Under the pieces are notes generated by a model. That model searched no databases. It was not told where the DNA came from and was given only the letters and a program-made list of their open reading frames with translations. The translations under genes and the position numbers were made by a program. This document shows, piece after piece, positions 45,818-56,236 of a stretch of 64,000 nt of DNA. The stretch is from an uncultured Gemmatimonadales bacterium (lineage in GTDB: Bacteria; Gemmatimonadota; Gemmatimonadetes; Gemmatimonadales; GWC2-71-9). The DNA lies in contig CAWJMT010000003.1 of NCBI GenBank assembly GCA_963844035.1, forward strand, positions 32,001 through 96,000, given 5' to 3'. How positions within the stretch are numbered: position 1 is the stretch's first letter; the number at the start of each line of letters is the position of its first letter.

Positions 45818-47885
45818 GTGCCGCTGACACTGACCACGTCCGTGAAGTACCTGAAGGGCGTCGGCCCCAAGCGCGCCGAGTCGCTCGCGCGGCTCGGCAT
45901 CCGCAGCGTCGGCGACCTGCTGTACCACGCCCCGCATCGCTATCTCGACGCCACCACCGTGACGCCGTTCGCGCGCGCTGCGGTGGACGCGGAGGTGACG
46001 TGCGTCGGCCGCGTGGTGAGCACCGGGCATTCTCCCCACGCGGCGCGGCCTGCGCGTGTTCCGCGCCGTGCTGCAGGACGCGAGCGGCTCGCTCGAGTGC
46101 GCCTGGCCAGGCCAGCCGTTTCTCGAGCGGCAGATCAAGGCCGGGCAGCTGCTGCTCGTCACCGGTCCGGTGCGCTACTACCACGGCCGCCAGCTCGTGC
46201 CGCGGGAGTTCATCGTGCTCGGCGGACGCGGCCGAGGACGACGACCGGGGCATGGTGCTGCCGGTCTATCCGGCCACCGAGGGCCTCAGCCACCGGCAGA
46301 TCCGCGCGCTCATTCACCAGCACCTGGACGCGCTGCTGGCGCTCGTGGTGGATCCGCATCCTCAGGCGCTGCGCGCGGCGCACGATCTGCCCGACCTGCG
46401 CAGCGCGCTCGCCGCCGTGCACCGGCCGGCGAGCGTGGACGAGGCGGAACGGGGCCGGCGGCGCCTCGCCTTCGACGAGCTGTTCGATCAGCAGCTGGTG
46501 CAGGCGCGGGCCCGGATGCTGGCCAAGCGGGCGCGCGCCGGCATCCGCTTCGAGCTCAAGAAGGAGTTGACGACGCAGCTCAAGGAGCACCTGCCGTTCG
46601 AGCTGACCGCCGACCAGCGGCAGGCGGTGCGCGAGGTGGCGCGACGACATGACCGCGCCGCTGCGCATGCACCGCCTGCTCATGGGCGACGTCGGGACCG
46701 GGAAGACGGTGGTGGCGCTGTTCGCGATGCTGCTCGCGGCCGAGAACGACTACCAGGCCGCGATCATGGCGCCGACCGAGCTGCTCGCCGAGCAGCACCA
46801 CGCCACGCTCACCCGCCTGCTGGCGCCGCTCGAGATCCAGCCCGACCTGTTGAGCGGCCGGCTCGCCGGCGGCGCCAAGGCGGCGGCGCGGCGCCGCCTC
46901 GCCTCGGGGGCGTCGCGCATCGTGGTGGGGACGCACGCGCTGATCCAGGAATCCGTCACGTTCCACCGCCTCGGCCTCGCGGTGATCGACGAGCAACACC
47001 GCTTCGGGGTGGAGCAGCGGGCGGCGCTCGTCGAGAAGGGTGACGCCCCCGACGTGCTGCTGCTCTCGGCGACGCCGATTCCGCGCTCGCTCGCGCTCAC
47101 GCTGTACGGCGACCTGGACGTCACGGAGCTGCACGAGCGGCCGGCCGACCGCGCAGCCGGTGAAGACGGCGCTTCGCACCGAGAGCGGCGCGCGCCAAGA
47201 TCTACGAGTTCCTGCGCCAGCGAGGCCGCGGCCGGCCATCAGGCCTACGTCGTGTATCCCGTGATCGAGGAATCGGAGAAGACCGACCTGAAGGCCGCGA
47301 CGACGATGGCGGAGCGGCTCCAGAAGGCGCTCCCCGAGCTCCGCGTGGGCCTGGTGCACGGCCGCATGCCGGCCGAGGCGCGCGAGCGCACGATGCGCGC
47401 GTTCCGCGACAACGAGATCCAGATCCTGGTCGCGACCACGGTCATCGAGGTCGGTATCGACGTGGCCAATGCGACGGTGATGCTGATCGAGCACGCCGAG
47501 CGCTTCGGTCTGGCGCAGCTGCACCAGCTGCGCGGCCGCGTGGGCCGCGGCGCGGCGCCGAGCCACTGCATCCTGCTCTCGGACGCGCCGCAGGCGGTGC
47601 CGCGCCTCACCGCCTTCACCGCGACGAACGACGGCTTCGCGATCGCGGAGCTGGACCTGAAGGAGCGCGGCATGGGGGAGCTGGCGGGTGCGCGGCAGTC
47701 GGGAGGCATGGCGCTGCGGTTCGCCAACTTCGCGACCGACCTGCCGCTGCTCGAGGCGGCCCGGCGCGCCGCGGGAGAGATTATCGCCCGCGATCCGGCG
47801 CTCGTCCCGCCCGCAGCACGCGGCGTATCGGGAGCGGATTGTGGCGACGATATGAGAGGGGGTTTGAACTGTTCGGGTGGGATAA
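45818..47885 (+). CDS. recG: ATP-dependent DNA helicase RecG
   Basis: YLKGVGPKRA, LMGDVGTGKT, MAPTELLAEQH, DEQHRFGV.QR, SATPIPR, VIEVGIDV, QLHQLRGRVGRG. Confidence 0.96.
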
Positions 47886-47889
47886 GAGC

Positions 47890-47948
47890 GGTGTCAGGTG
47901 TCAGGTGTCGAGTGCAGCTCTGACACCTGGCACCTGACACCTGACACC
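47890..47948. repeat. Inverted pair of GGTGTCA heptamer arrays (hairpin) after recG
   Basis: GGTGTCA GGTGTCA GGTGTCG - loop - TGACACC TGGCACC TGACACC TGACACC. Confidence 0.85.
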
Positions 47949-47958
47949 TGCGCTCTCG

Positions 47959-47987
47959 TTGACAGTCCCCACCACCGCCCGTAGAAT
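47959..47987 (+). promoter_or_regulatory. Near-consensus sigma70 promoter TTGACA-17-TAGAAT for asnS
   Basis: Direct match, 9 nt before ATG 47997. Confidence 0.78.
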
Positions 47988-47996
47988 GCCGCCCCT

Positions 47997-49297
47997 ATGC
48001 CGAAAGCTCAGCGGATCGAAGCCCTGTCGCAGTGCGTCGGGGAAACGGTGGCGGTGCGCGCGTGGGTGATGACCACGCGGTCGAGCGGGAAGATCGCGTT
48101 CGCCGCGCTGCGCGACGGCACGGGGCAGGTGCAGGCCGTCCTCTCCAAGGCCGACGCGCCCGCCGCGTGGGAGACGTTCGGGCAGCTCACGCAGGAGACG
48201 TCGGTCGAGGTGACCGGCGTCGTGCGCGCCGACGCGCGCGCGCCCGAGCGGCGTGGAGCTGCAGGTCACCGAGCTCAAGATCATCGGGCCCAGCGTCGAC
48301 TTCCCGGTCTCTCCCAAAGAGCACGGCACCGCGTACCTGTTCGAGCACCGCCACCTGTGGCTGCGCAGCCGGCGCCAGGTGGCGATCGCGCGGGTGCGCC
48401 ATGAAGTGATCCAGGCGATCCGCGACTTCTTCTACACGCACAACTTTACCCTGGTGGACACGCCGATCCTCACCGGCGTCCATCGGCGAAGCGGCGGGAA
48501 ATCTCTTCGCCACCGAGTACTTCGACCTGGGGCAGGCCTACCTCGCCCAGACGGGGCAGCTCTACGTGGAGGCCGCGGCGGCGGCGCTCGGCAAGGTGTA
48601 TTGCTTTGGACCCACGTTCCGCGCCGAGAAGTCGAAGACGCGCCGCCACCTCACCGAGTTCTGGATGGTCGAGCCCGAGGTGGCGTGGAACGATTCCAAC
48701 GCCAACATGGCAGCTGCAGGAGGAGTTCGTCGCCTACATCGTGGCGCGCTGCCTCGAGCGGCGGAAGGCCGAGCTCACCGAGCTGGAGCGCGACATCGCG
48801 CCGCTCCAGAAGGTGCAGCACGCCGTTTCCCAGGATTTCGTACACGCGAGGCCGTGGAGAAACTCCGCAGCCTGGGGAGCGACATGGAGTGGGGACGGGA
48901 CCTGGGCGGGGACGACGAAACCCTGCTCGCCAAGCAGTACGACCGGCCGGTGATGGTCTACAACTATCCGAAGCAGGTCAAAGCCTTCTATATGAAGGAA
49001 AACCCCGCCGATCCCCGCACGGTGCTGAACAACGACATGTTGGCGCCCGAGGGGTACGGCGAGATCATCGGCGGCAGCCAGCGTGAGGACGACTACGACA
49101 AGCTGCTGCACCGCATCAAAGAGGAAGGCCTGCCGGTCGAGTCCTACAGCTGGTATCTGGATCTGCGAAAGTACGGCACGTTCGTGCACGCGGGCTTCGG
49201 CCTGGGCGTCGAGCGGACGGTCGCCTGGATCTGCGGCATCGCGCACATCCGGGAAGCGATCGCGTTTCCGAGGACGTTGTACAAGCTGTGGCCGTGA
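47997..49297 (+). CDS. asnS: Asparagine--tRNA ligase
   Basis: LRDGTG OB fold, [62 protein letters not shown]. Confidence 0.96.
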
Positions 49298-49339
49298 GAA
49301 CCGCCTTCCCCCGTCCGTTCCTTTGCTGCACTATCCCCA

Positions 49340-50551
49340 ATGATGGGTGAGCCTCACATCTTCGGCCAGCACGAGCCCAACACGCTCGAACAGCTGCGCG
49401 ACGTGGCGAGCCGCGCCGACCGAGCCGCCCTCATGGCCGACGGCCATCTGGGCTACGTGATGCCGATCGGCGGCGTCGCGGCGTATCGGGACAAGGTCTC
49501 GGTCGTCGGGGTGGGCTTCGACATCGCGTGCGGCAACGCCGCGATTCGCACGGACCTCACCACGTCGCAGCTTGCCGGCCGCCTGGGCCAGCTCGCGGAC
49601 GAGATTCAGACCACCATTTCGTTCGGGGTGGGCCGGAAGAATCGGGCGGACGACGCGCCGACCGACGATCCCCTGTTCGACGATGCCGCGTGGGACGCAG
49701 TCCCCGGCCGGCACGAGCGGGACCAGCTGCGGAGCAAGGCACGCGCCCAGCTCGGCACGGTGGGCAGCGGGAATCACTACGTCGACGTGTTCGCCGACGA
49801 AGCGGACCGGATCTGGGTGGGCGTGCATTTCGGCTCGCGCGGGTTCGGCTTCGGCGTGGCGCGGGGCTTCCTCGCGCTGAGCCAGAACATGGCGTGGGGT
49901 CAGCGCGCGCCCGAGCGCGAGACCCTGCTGGACGTGCGGCAGCCGCTGGGCGACGCCTATTGGCAGCTGATGACGCTGGCCGGACGGTACGCGTACGCCG
50001 GCCGCGAGTGGGTCGCGCGCAAGGTGGTCGACCTGCTCGGCGGTCGAGAGATCGAGCTGGTGCACAACCACCACAACTTCGCGTGGGTCGAGCAGCACGG
50101 CGGTGAGTCGCTCTACGTCGTCCGCAAGGGAGCGACGCCGGCGTTCCCGGGCCAGAAGGGGTTTGTGGGCGGCTCGATGGGCGACGACGCGGTCATCATT
50201 CGGGGTGCTGAGTCGCCGGATGCTGCGGTGCGGGAGCTGCAAGCGCGCGCCCTGTTCTCCACGGTGCACGGCGCAGGGCGGGTGATGAGCCGCACGCAGG
50301 CGGCGGGGAAGCGCACGCGGCGCGGGAAGGTGATCAGCCCGGGGATCATCTCTGCGGACATGATGCACGACTGGGTGCGGGAGAAGAACGTCGTGTTGCG
50401 GGGCGGCGGCACCGACGAAAGTCCCCACGTCTATCGCCGGTTACCGGACGTCCTCGCCGCTCAAGGCCCGACGATCGAGGTGCTGCATACGCTGCGTCCG
50501 CTGATCGTCGTGATGGCGGGGGCGGAGGAAGTGGATCCGTACAAGGATTGA
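49340..50551 (+). CDS. rtcB: RtcB RNA ligase
   Basis: MADGH.GY, DIACG, LGTVGSGNHY, HFGSRG, HNH, RKGATP, GSMG, HGAGR. Confidence 0.95.
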   Translation: MMGEPHIFGQHEPNTLEQLRDVASRADRAALMADGHLGYVMPIGGVAAYRDKVSVVGVGFDIACGNAAIRTDLTTSQLAGRLGQLADEIQTTISFGVGRKNRADDAPTDDPLFDDAAWDAVPGRHERDQLRSKARAQLGTVGSGNHYVDVFADEADRIWVGVHFGSRGFGFGVARGFLALSQNMAWGQRAPERETLLDVRQPLGDAYWQLMTLAGRYAYAGREWVARKVVDLLGGREIELVHNHHNFAWVEQHGGESLYVVRKGATPAFPGQKGFVGGSMGDDAVIIRGAESPDAAVRELQARALFSTVHGAGRVMSRTQAAGKRTRRGKVISPGIISADMMHDWVREKNVVLRGGGTDESPHVYRRLPDVLAAQGPTIEVLHTLRPLIVVMAGAEEVDPYKD

Positions 50552-50598
50552 CGGGAAGGCGGGTGGGCGGGCAGGCGGGTAGCAGGTTGACCAGCCGC

Positions 50599-51353
50599 CT
50601 ACCTGTCTCCTTTCACCTCATCCCACAACGCATCCAGCTCCGCCAGGCTCGCCCGTCCCAGCTCCAGCCCGCGCTCCTGCGCCAGGCGTCTCCACCTCCT
50701 CAAACCGTCCTCTGAACTTCTCGTTCGCCCGCTCGAGCGCGGCGCCGGGGTTGATCGAGAGTTTGCGAGCAAGATTCACCACGGCGAACAGCAGATCGCC
50801 GATCTCATCCTCGATCGCGTCATGTTGTCCGTTGCCCGTTGCCACTTCGACCTCAGCGATCTCTTCCTTCACCTTGTCCAGCGGTCCCTTGCGCGTCGGG
50901 CCAGTCGAATCCCACACCAGCGGCGCGCTCTTGAAGTCGGTAGGCCATGAGCAGCGGGGGCAGGGTGGGAGGTAGCCCCGCGAGCGTCTTACCCTTCCCG
51001 CTTCCCTCTTCCCGCTTCCCCAGTTCCCAGGATGCAGGTTTCTCCCCGCCCCCGAACAGGTGGGGATGGCGCCGCCACATCTTCGTCTCGAGCGCGTGCG
51101 TGACCGCCTCGGCGTCGAGCGTGCCGCGCTCCTCGCCGATCACGATCTGAAACGCGAGGTGCAGCAGCAGGTCGCCGAGCTCGTCGCGCACCTCGCCGGG
51201 ATCGTCTCGACGGATCGCCTGATCGAGCTCGAGCACCTCTTCGACGAGGTAGGGGCGCAGGGTCGCAGGGGTCTGCGCGCCGTCCCACGGGCACCGCGCG
51301 CGCAGGTCGCGCACGAGTGCGACGGCACGTCCAAGCGCTGAATCGCCTTGCAT
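50599..51353 (-). CDS. mazG: MazG nucleoside triphosphate pyrophosphohydrolase
   Basis: LRARCPWD..QT..LRPYLVEE, ELGDLLL, RRHPHLF, VGFDWP, EDEIGDLLFAVVN, ANEKF..RF; frameshifted. Confidence 0.94.
50988..51024 (-). repeat. GGGAAGN x4 array inside mazG
   Basis: Minus strand ACTGGGGAAGCGGGAAGAGGGAAGCGGGAAGGGTAAG encodes LGKREEGSGKGK. Confidence 0.85.
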
Positions 51354-51399
51354 TTAGCCTCCGGGCCGGGTATCATACGCGCGCCTGTGAACGTGTCAA
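51348..51399. promoter_or_regulatory. Overlapping divergent sigma70 promoters for alr (+) and mazG (-)
   Basis: + strand TTGCAT(51348)-17-TATCAT(51371-76); - strand TTGACA(51399-94)-16-TATGAT(51377-72); GGAGG SD before mazG. Confidence 0.65.
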
Positions 51400-52477
51400 T
51401 GATCAGCGGGCGCACCAGCCGTGCGTGGGTCGAACGTCGACCTGGCTGCCGTAGTCGAGAACGCCCGCACCGTAGCACGAGTCGCCGGCACGCGGCTCCT
51501 CCCGGTGGTGAAGGCGAACGCCTACGGGGTAGGAGCCGTCGCTGTGTCTAGGGCCCTCGAAGCGCTCGACCCCTGGGGCTACGGCGTCGCGACGGTGGAC
51601 GAGGGGACCGAGCTGCGGGCCGCCGGGGTCACGCGCCCCGTGGTGGTATTCATGCCGGGGCAGCCGGCATTGTTCGACCAGTTCGAGCGCTTCCAGCTGA
51701 CACCGGTTCTCGGAGATGCCGACGCGATCGCACAGTGGACCGCCCGCGGGACGCGGGGCTTCCATTTGGAGATCGACACCGGGATGGGGCGGTCGGGGGT
51801 TCGCTGGGACGAGATGGCGCGGATCCGCGACGTCACCGGCACCCCCTCCCTCGAAGGCTGTTACACGCAGTTCCATTCGGCCGAACGGTCCGACGGCTCG
51901 CTCGAGCGACAAGCCGAGCGGTTCCTGCAGGCCGTCAGCCAGCTGCCGCGGCGGCCGGCCCTGCTGCACGTGGCCAATAGCGCGGCGGCGATGCGCGGCC
52001 CGCGACTACGGGTTCGATCTGATCCGCCCCGGCGTGTTCCTGTACGGCGGCTCGGCCGGGCCAGGACTGGCGGCACCCCGGCCGGTGGTCAGCGTGCGGG
52101 CGCGAGTGCTGGCGGTGCGGCGTGTGGCGGCCGGCGAAAGCGTGAGCTACGGTGCCCTCTGGACGGCCCGGGCGGCGACGCGGGTGGCGACACTCGGGAT
52201 CGGGTACGCGGACGGCGTGCGGCGGTCGCTCGGCATTTCGGGGCGCGGGTCTGTGCTGTTGAGCGGAGCGCGCTGCCCGATCGTCGGGGCGGTGACGATG
52301 GACCTGACGATGGTCGAGATCGGCGACCGGCCCGTGAAGGTGGGCGATGTCGCCACGCTGATCGGCGAGGCCGACGGCGACCGCATCAGTCTCGAGGAAT
52401 ACGCGGCCTGGGGAGACGAGCTGCACCGCGAGGTTCTCACGTCGCTCGGGCCGCGGCTGCCGCGAGTGTACGACTAG
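51387..52477 (+). CDS. alr: Alanine racemase
   Basis: RAWVE.DLAA..N, VVKANAYG, DTGMGRSG, HVANSAA, RPGVFLYG, VSYG, GYADG, VTMD. Confidence 0.95.
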
Positions 52478-52508
52478 CAGGCGGGCAGGCGGCAGGCGGG
52501 TAGGCGGC
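52478..52508 (+). repeat. CAGGCGG(G) short tandem array after alr (similar array at 50557-50582 after rtcB)
   Basis: CAGGCGGG CAGGCGG CAGGCGGG TAGGCGG. Confidence 0.65.
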
Positions 52509-52601
52509 ACAGCGAGGCGGCAGCGGGGTTCTAGGAGTGGCTCGGGAAGGGCAGGTCGATCTTGCGGGGGATCCGGACATGAGCGCGGAGCAAGCGAGCG
52601 G

Positions 52602-53901
52602 GTGCGGGATTTGACGGGCCGGGCGAGGCGCGCGATACGCGGCGCTGAGCCTCGTGCTCGTCCTGACGGCGTGCGCGGAGAAGTTGACCGCTCCGGGGTA
52701 CTGCCCCGATTTCTGCACCAGCAGCTCGCTCACCATGACCGACACCATCCTCCCCGGCGCGATCACCGAGGACTCCGCCTTCAGCCGGCCGAACGGGTAT
52801 GTGAATCCGGACGACGCCGGCTACCTGCTCGCGGTATCCACTCCGGAGCGGGAAAGCCGCCCGATTTTCCGGTTCCCCGCGGTCTCGAATCGACTCGGCA
52901 TTGGCACGGACACGACGACCGCGGTGCTCGTCGGCGCCGACTCCGCGCGCTTGGCGATTACCATCACGCGCCGCGACACGGCCGTCGACCTGACCGTGTC
53001 GCTGTACGCGCTGCCGCTCACCATCGACACGACGACCGCGTTCCACGACCTGGATGGCGCCTTCGCCGGCCCCGCCGTGCGCACCGTGAATCTGGACTCC
53101 CTGCTGGCCAAATCGGCCGCCCCGTGTGCGGGTTTTCCCTGCTACTTCGACCCGGTCACCCACGATAGCGCGTTCTTGGATAAGGCGAACGACCGGGTGT
53201 TCCTGAGGATGGCGCTCGACACCCTCCAGGTGCCCCTCGTGCTGGGGGACACGGGCAAAGTCGCCTTCGGGATTCGCGTCAGCGGGAACGGCCCGACGAG
53301 CACCGCGATCGGCGCCCGGGAGCGCCAAGGCCTGGGTCCATTGTTCACGTGGTACGTGCGGATGGACTCGGCCAGCCAGAAGATCATCCACGTCTCGCGG
53401 CCGGCGGCCCTATCCTCCTTCGACAGCTTCGTGTTCGACCCGCCGAGCCTGCCGATCGGCTCCGACCTGGTGATCGGAGGGGTGCCCTCCGTCCGCACGA
53501 TCATGCGGATTGCGCTGCCCCGCGCCATCCGCGACTCGTCGCGCATCGTGCGCGCCACCCTCGAGTTCATCGCCGCCGCCCAGCTCGTGGGCACCGCCGC
53601 CGACGCGTTTCCGGTCATCGCGGCGCCGGTGCTCGCGGACTTCGGGGCCAAATCGCCGCTCGCGCCCGCGTTCAACGACACGACCCAGTTCGCCATCGCG
53701 CCGATCGACACGGTGCTCATCGACGTGACCAGCGTGCTCACCTACTGGACACTCGATAACCGGCGGCCCACCACGCTCGTGCTGCAGCAGATTCCCGAGG
53801 GAACGAACTTCGCGGAGCTGCGGTTGCACAGCTCCGCCAGCGTGGGCCAGGGTCCCCGGCTGCGCATCACGTACGCGCCGCGCTACCCGATCTCGCCGTG
53901 A
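52602..53901 (+). CDS. Lipoprotein of unknown function (beta-rich)
   Basis: Lipobox VLVLTA-C; long intact ORF ending GPRLRITY; start approximate. Confidence 0.7.
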
Positions 53902-55004
53902 TGCCGTTCCGCCGCGTCACCTTGATCGCCGCCTTCCTGCTCGCCGGGGCGCGCGCCGTCCAGGCGCAGGATTCGCAGTTCGGCATCCGCGGGGGCGGAA
54001 CGCCCGGGCGGCCTGAGAGCGTGCGCGCCCGCTCGACCGGGGGCGCGTTCGCGGCGTTCGACGCCGCGTCGGCCGTCGCGGACGTCTCGATCGCCGAGGC
54101 GCGGGTGCTCACGGCGACGACGATGGGCGCGTCCTATTTCCGCCAGGTGACCCTGCCGAACGCCACGACCGACCTGACCAGCACGCGGTTTCCGCTCCTG
54201 ACCCTGGTCGGGGCGGCGTCGAGCCGCGTGCGGATCGCCGGCGGGTACAGCACCTACCTGGAGGACAGCTACGTCATCACCACGCTCGACAGTGCGGTGG
54301 TGCGCGGCGACATGGTCCGGTTTATCGACCAGTCCGCGAGCGACGGCGGGAGCAGCGATCTGCGGATCTCGACCGCGGTGCGGGTCACCCCGACGTTCAC
54401 GCTCGGCGTCGGTCTGCACGCGATCACCGGCTCCGCACGCATCAGCATGACGCGCACCTTCTTCAATCCGGACTACGCCACCGTGCAGGATTCGCAGACG
54501 GTGCGCCAATCCGGGTTCGGTGTGTCGGCGAGCGCCCTGTTCCGCATGTCCCCGGCTCTCACGATCGTCGCGTTCGGCCGCGCGGACGGTCACACGAAGA
54601 AGAAGATCGACGAAGTCCGGGTGGCTGATACCGACCTCCCGAACATGGTCGGCGGTGCGGTACGGCTGATCCTGGGTCCGCTGGTGCGCGCGGCCGGATC
54701 GGTCGCATGGCGCGAGTGGACCAGCGTGAACGCCCCCGACACCTACAACACCCTCAACTACACGGCCGGCCTGGAGCTCGGGTCGGAGGGAAACGGGCTC
54801 CGCATCGGCGGGCGCTATGGCCAGCTGCCGTTCGGCCCGGGAGGGAGCGCGCCCACGGAATGGGGAGTGGCTGCCGGTTTCGGGCGCGTCATCGCGCGCG
54901 GGCATGCCGTCCTCGACTTCGGGGCCGAGCGGGTGGTCCGCGAAGGCACGACGCTGCACGAAGGGATCTGGACCCTGCTGTTCGGCCTCAGCATCCGGCA
55001 ATGA
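53898..55004 (+). CDS. Predicted outer-membrane beta-barrel
   Basis: Signal peptide (AVQA-Q), RARSTGG.., alternating amphipathic strands, C-terminal LLFGLSIRQ. Confidence 0.7.
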   Translation: MMPFRRVTLIAAFLLAGARAVQAQDSQFGIRGGGTPGRPESVRARSTGGAFAAFDAASAVADVSIAEARVLTATTMGASYFRQVTLPNATTDLTSTRFPLLTLVGAASSRVRIAGGYSTYLEDSYVITTLDSAVVRGDMVRFIDQSASDGGSSDLRISTAVRVTPTFTLGVGLHAITGSARISMTRTFFNPDYATVQDSQTVRQSGFGVSASALFRMSPALTIVAFGRADGHTKKKIDEVRVADTDLPNMVGGAVRLILGPLVRAAGSVAWREWTSVNAPDTYNTLNYTAGLELGSEGNGLRIGGRYGQLPFGPGGSAPTEWGVAAGFGRVIARGHAVLDFGAERVVREGTTLHEGIWTLLFGLSIRQ

Positions 55005-56235
55005 ACGTTTTCTTCCATACCTTCGGCTGCCGGGCGAACCAGTACGATACGGAAGTGGTACGGCAGGCCCTCGCGGACCGCGGGGCGGCGGTGGTGGACG
55101 ATCCGGCCGCGGCCGATGTCGCGGTGGTCAACTCCTGCACCGTCACCGAGGAGAGCGAGATCAAGCTGCGGCGCTTCGTGCGCCGGCTGGCGCGCCGCGC
55201 CGACGGCCGGCCGCTCGAGACCGTCGTCATGGGCTGCGCCGCGGCGCGCGATGACGGCACGCTGCGCGCCCTCCCTTCCGTACGGGCCGTGGTTGCGGGT
55301 GCCGACACGGCGGCGGTGCTCTCGGCGGTCGGGTTCGCCGTGCCGCGCGTGGACCCGGTGCTGCGGCGCTTCGGTTCGAACCACCGCGGCTGGCTCAAGA
55401 TCCAGGACGGTTGCGACGAGCACTGCAGCTTCTGCGCGACCACGCTCGCCCGCGGCGCGAACCGGTCGCGCCCGATCGCGGAGCTGGTGCAAGAGGCAAA
55501 GGCACTCGCGCAGCATCATGCAGAGATCGTGCTGACGGGAGTCCATATCGGGACGTATGGCCAAGACGGGAAGGGGGAAGAGGGAAGGGGGAAGGGTACT
55601 CCCTCGGCGAGCTGCTCGAAGCCCTCATTTCTGCCGTGCCCGATGTTCGGTTCCGCCTTTCATCCATCGAAGCCACCGAGATCGACGACCGCATTGCGCA
55701 CCTCTTGATCGAAGAGCCACGGCGGCTCGCGCCCTACCTGCACGCGCCGCTGCAATCGGGATCGAACCGGGTGCTGCGCCGCATGGGGCGGCACTGGTAC
55801 ACGGCCGAGTCGTACCGCGCGCGGCTGGAATGGCTCGCGGCGCGGCTTCCGGTGTTCGGGCTCGGCGCCGATGTGATCGCGGGATTCCCCGGTGAGACCG
55901 ATGCCGACCACCAGGACACGATGATGCTCCTCCGGGCGCTGCCGTTCACCGCGCTGCACGTGTTTCCCTATAGCCCGCGGCCCGACACGGCTGCGACCCG
56001 CTTGGGGGACGACGTGCCGCCGGGGGCGATCCGGGTGCGGGCGGCGGAGCTGCGGACGCTCGGGGACGCCAAGGCGCGGGCCTATCGGGCCAGCCGCGTG
56101 GGCGCGATGGCCGACGGCGTCGCGAGCGGCCGCGTGGCGGGGCGGGTGGACGTGCTCACCGAGGACTATCTCTCGGTGTACATTCCCGTCGAGCACTGGG
56201 ATGGCGCGCCCCGATTCCCGGTGAAGGTGGCCTAG
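55001..56235 (+). CDS. mtaB: tRNA t6A37 methylthiotransferase (radical SAM)
   Basis: TFGCRANQYD, NSCTVT, KIQDGCDEHCSFC, LTGVHIG.YG, SSIE, HVFPYSPR; frameshift at the heptamer insert. Confidence 0.9.
55568..55599 (+). repeat. GGGAAGN x4 array inside mtaB
   Basis: GGGAAGG GGGAAGA GGGAAGG GGGAAG GGTAC. Confidence 0.85.
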
Positions 56236-56236
56236 T

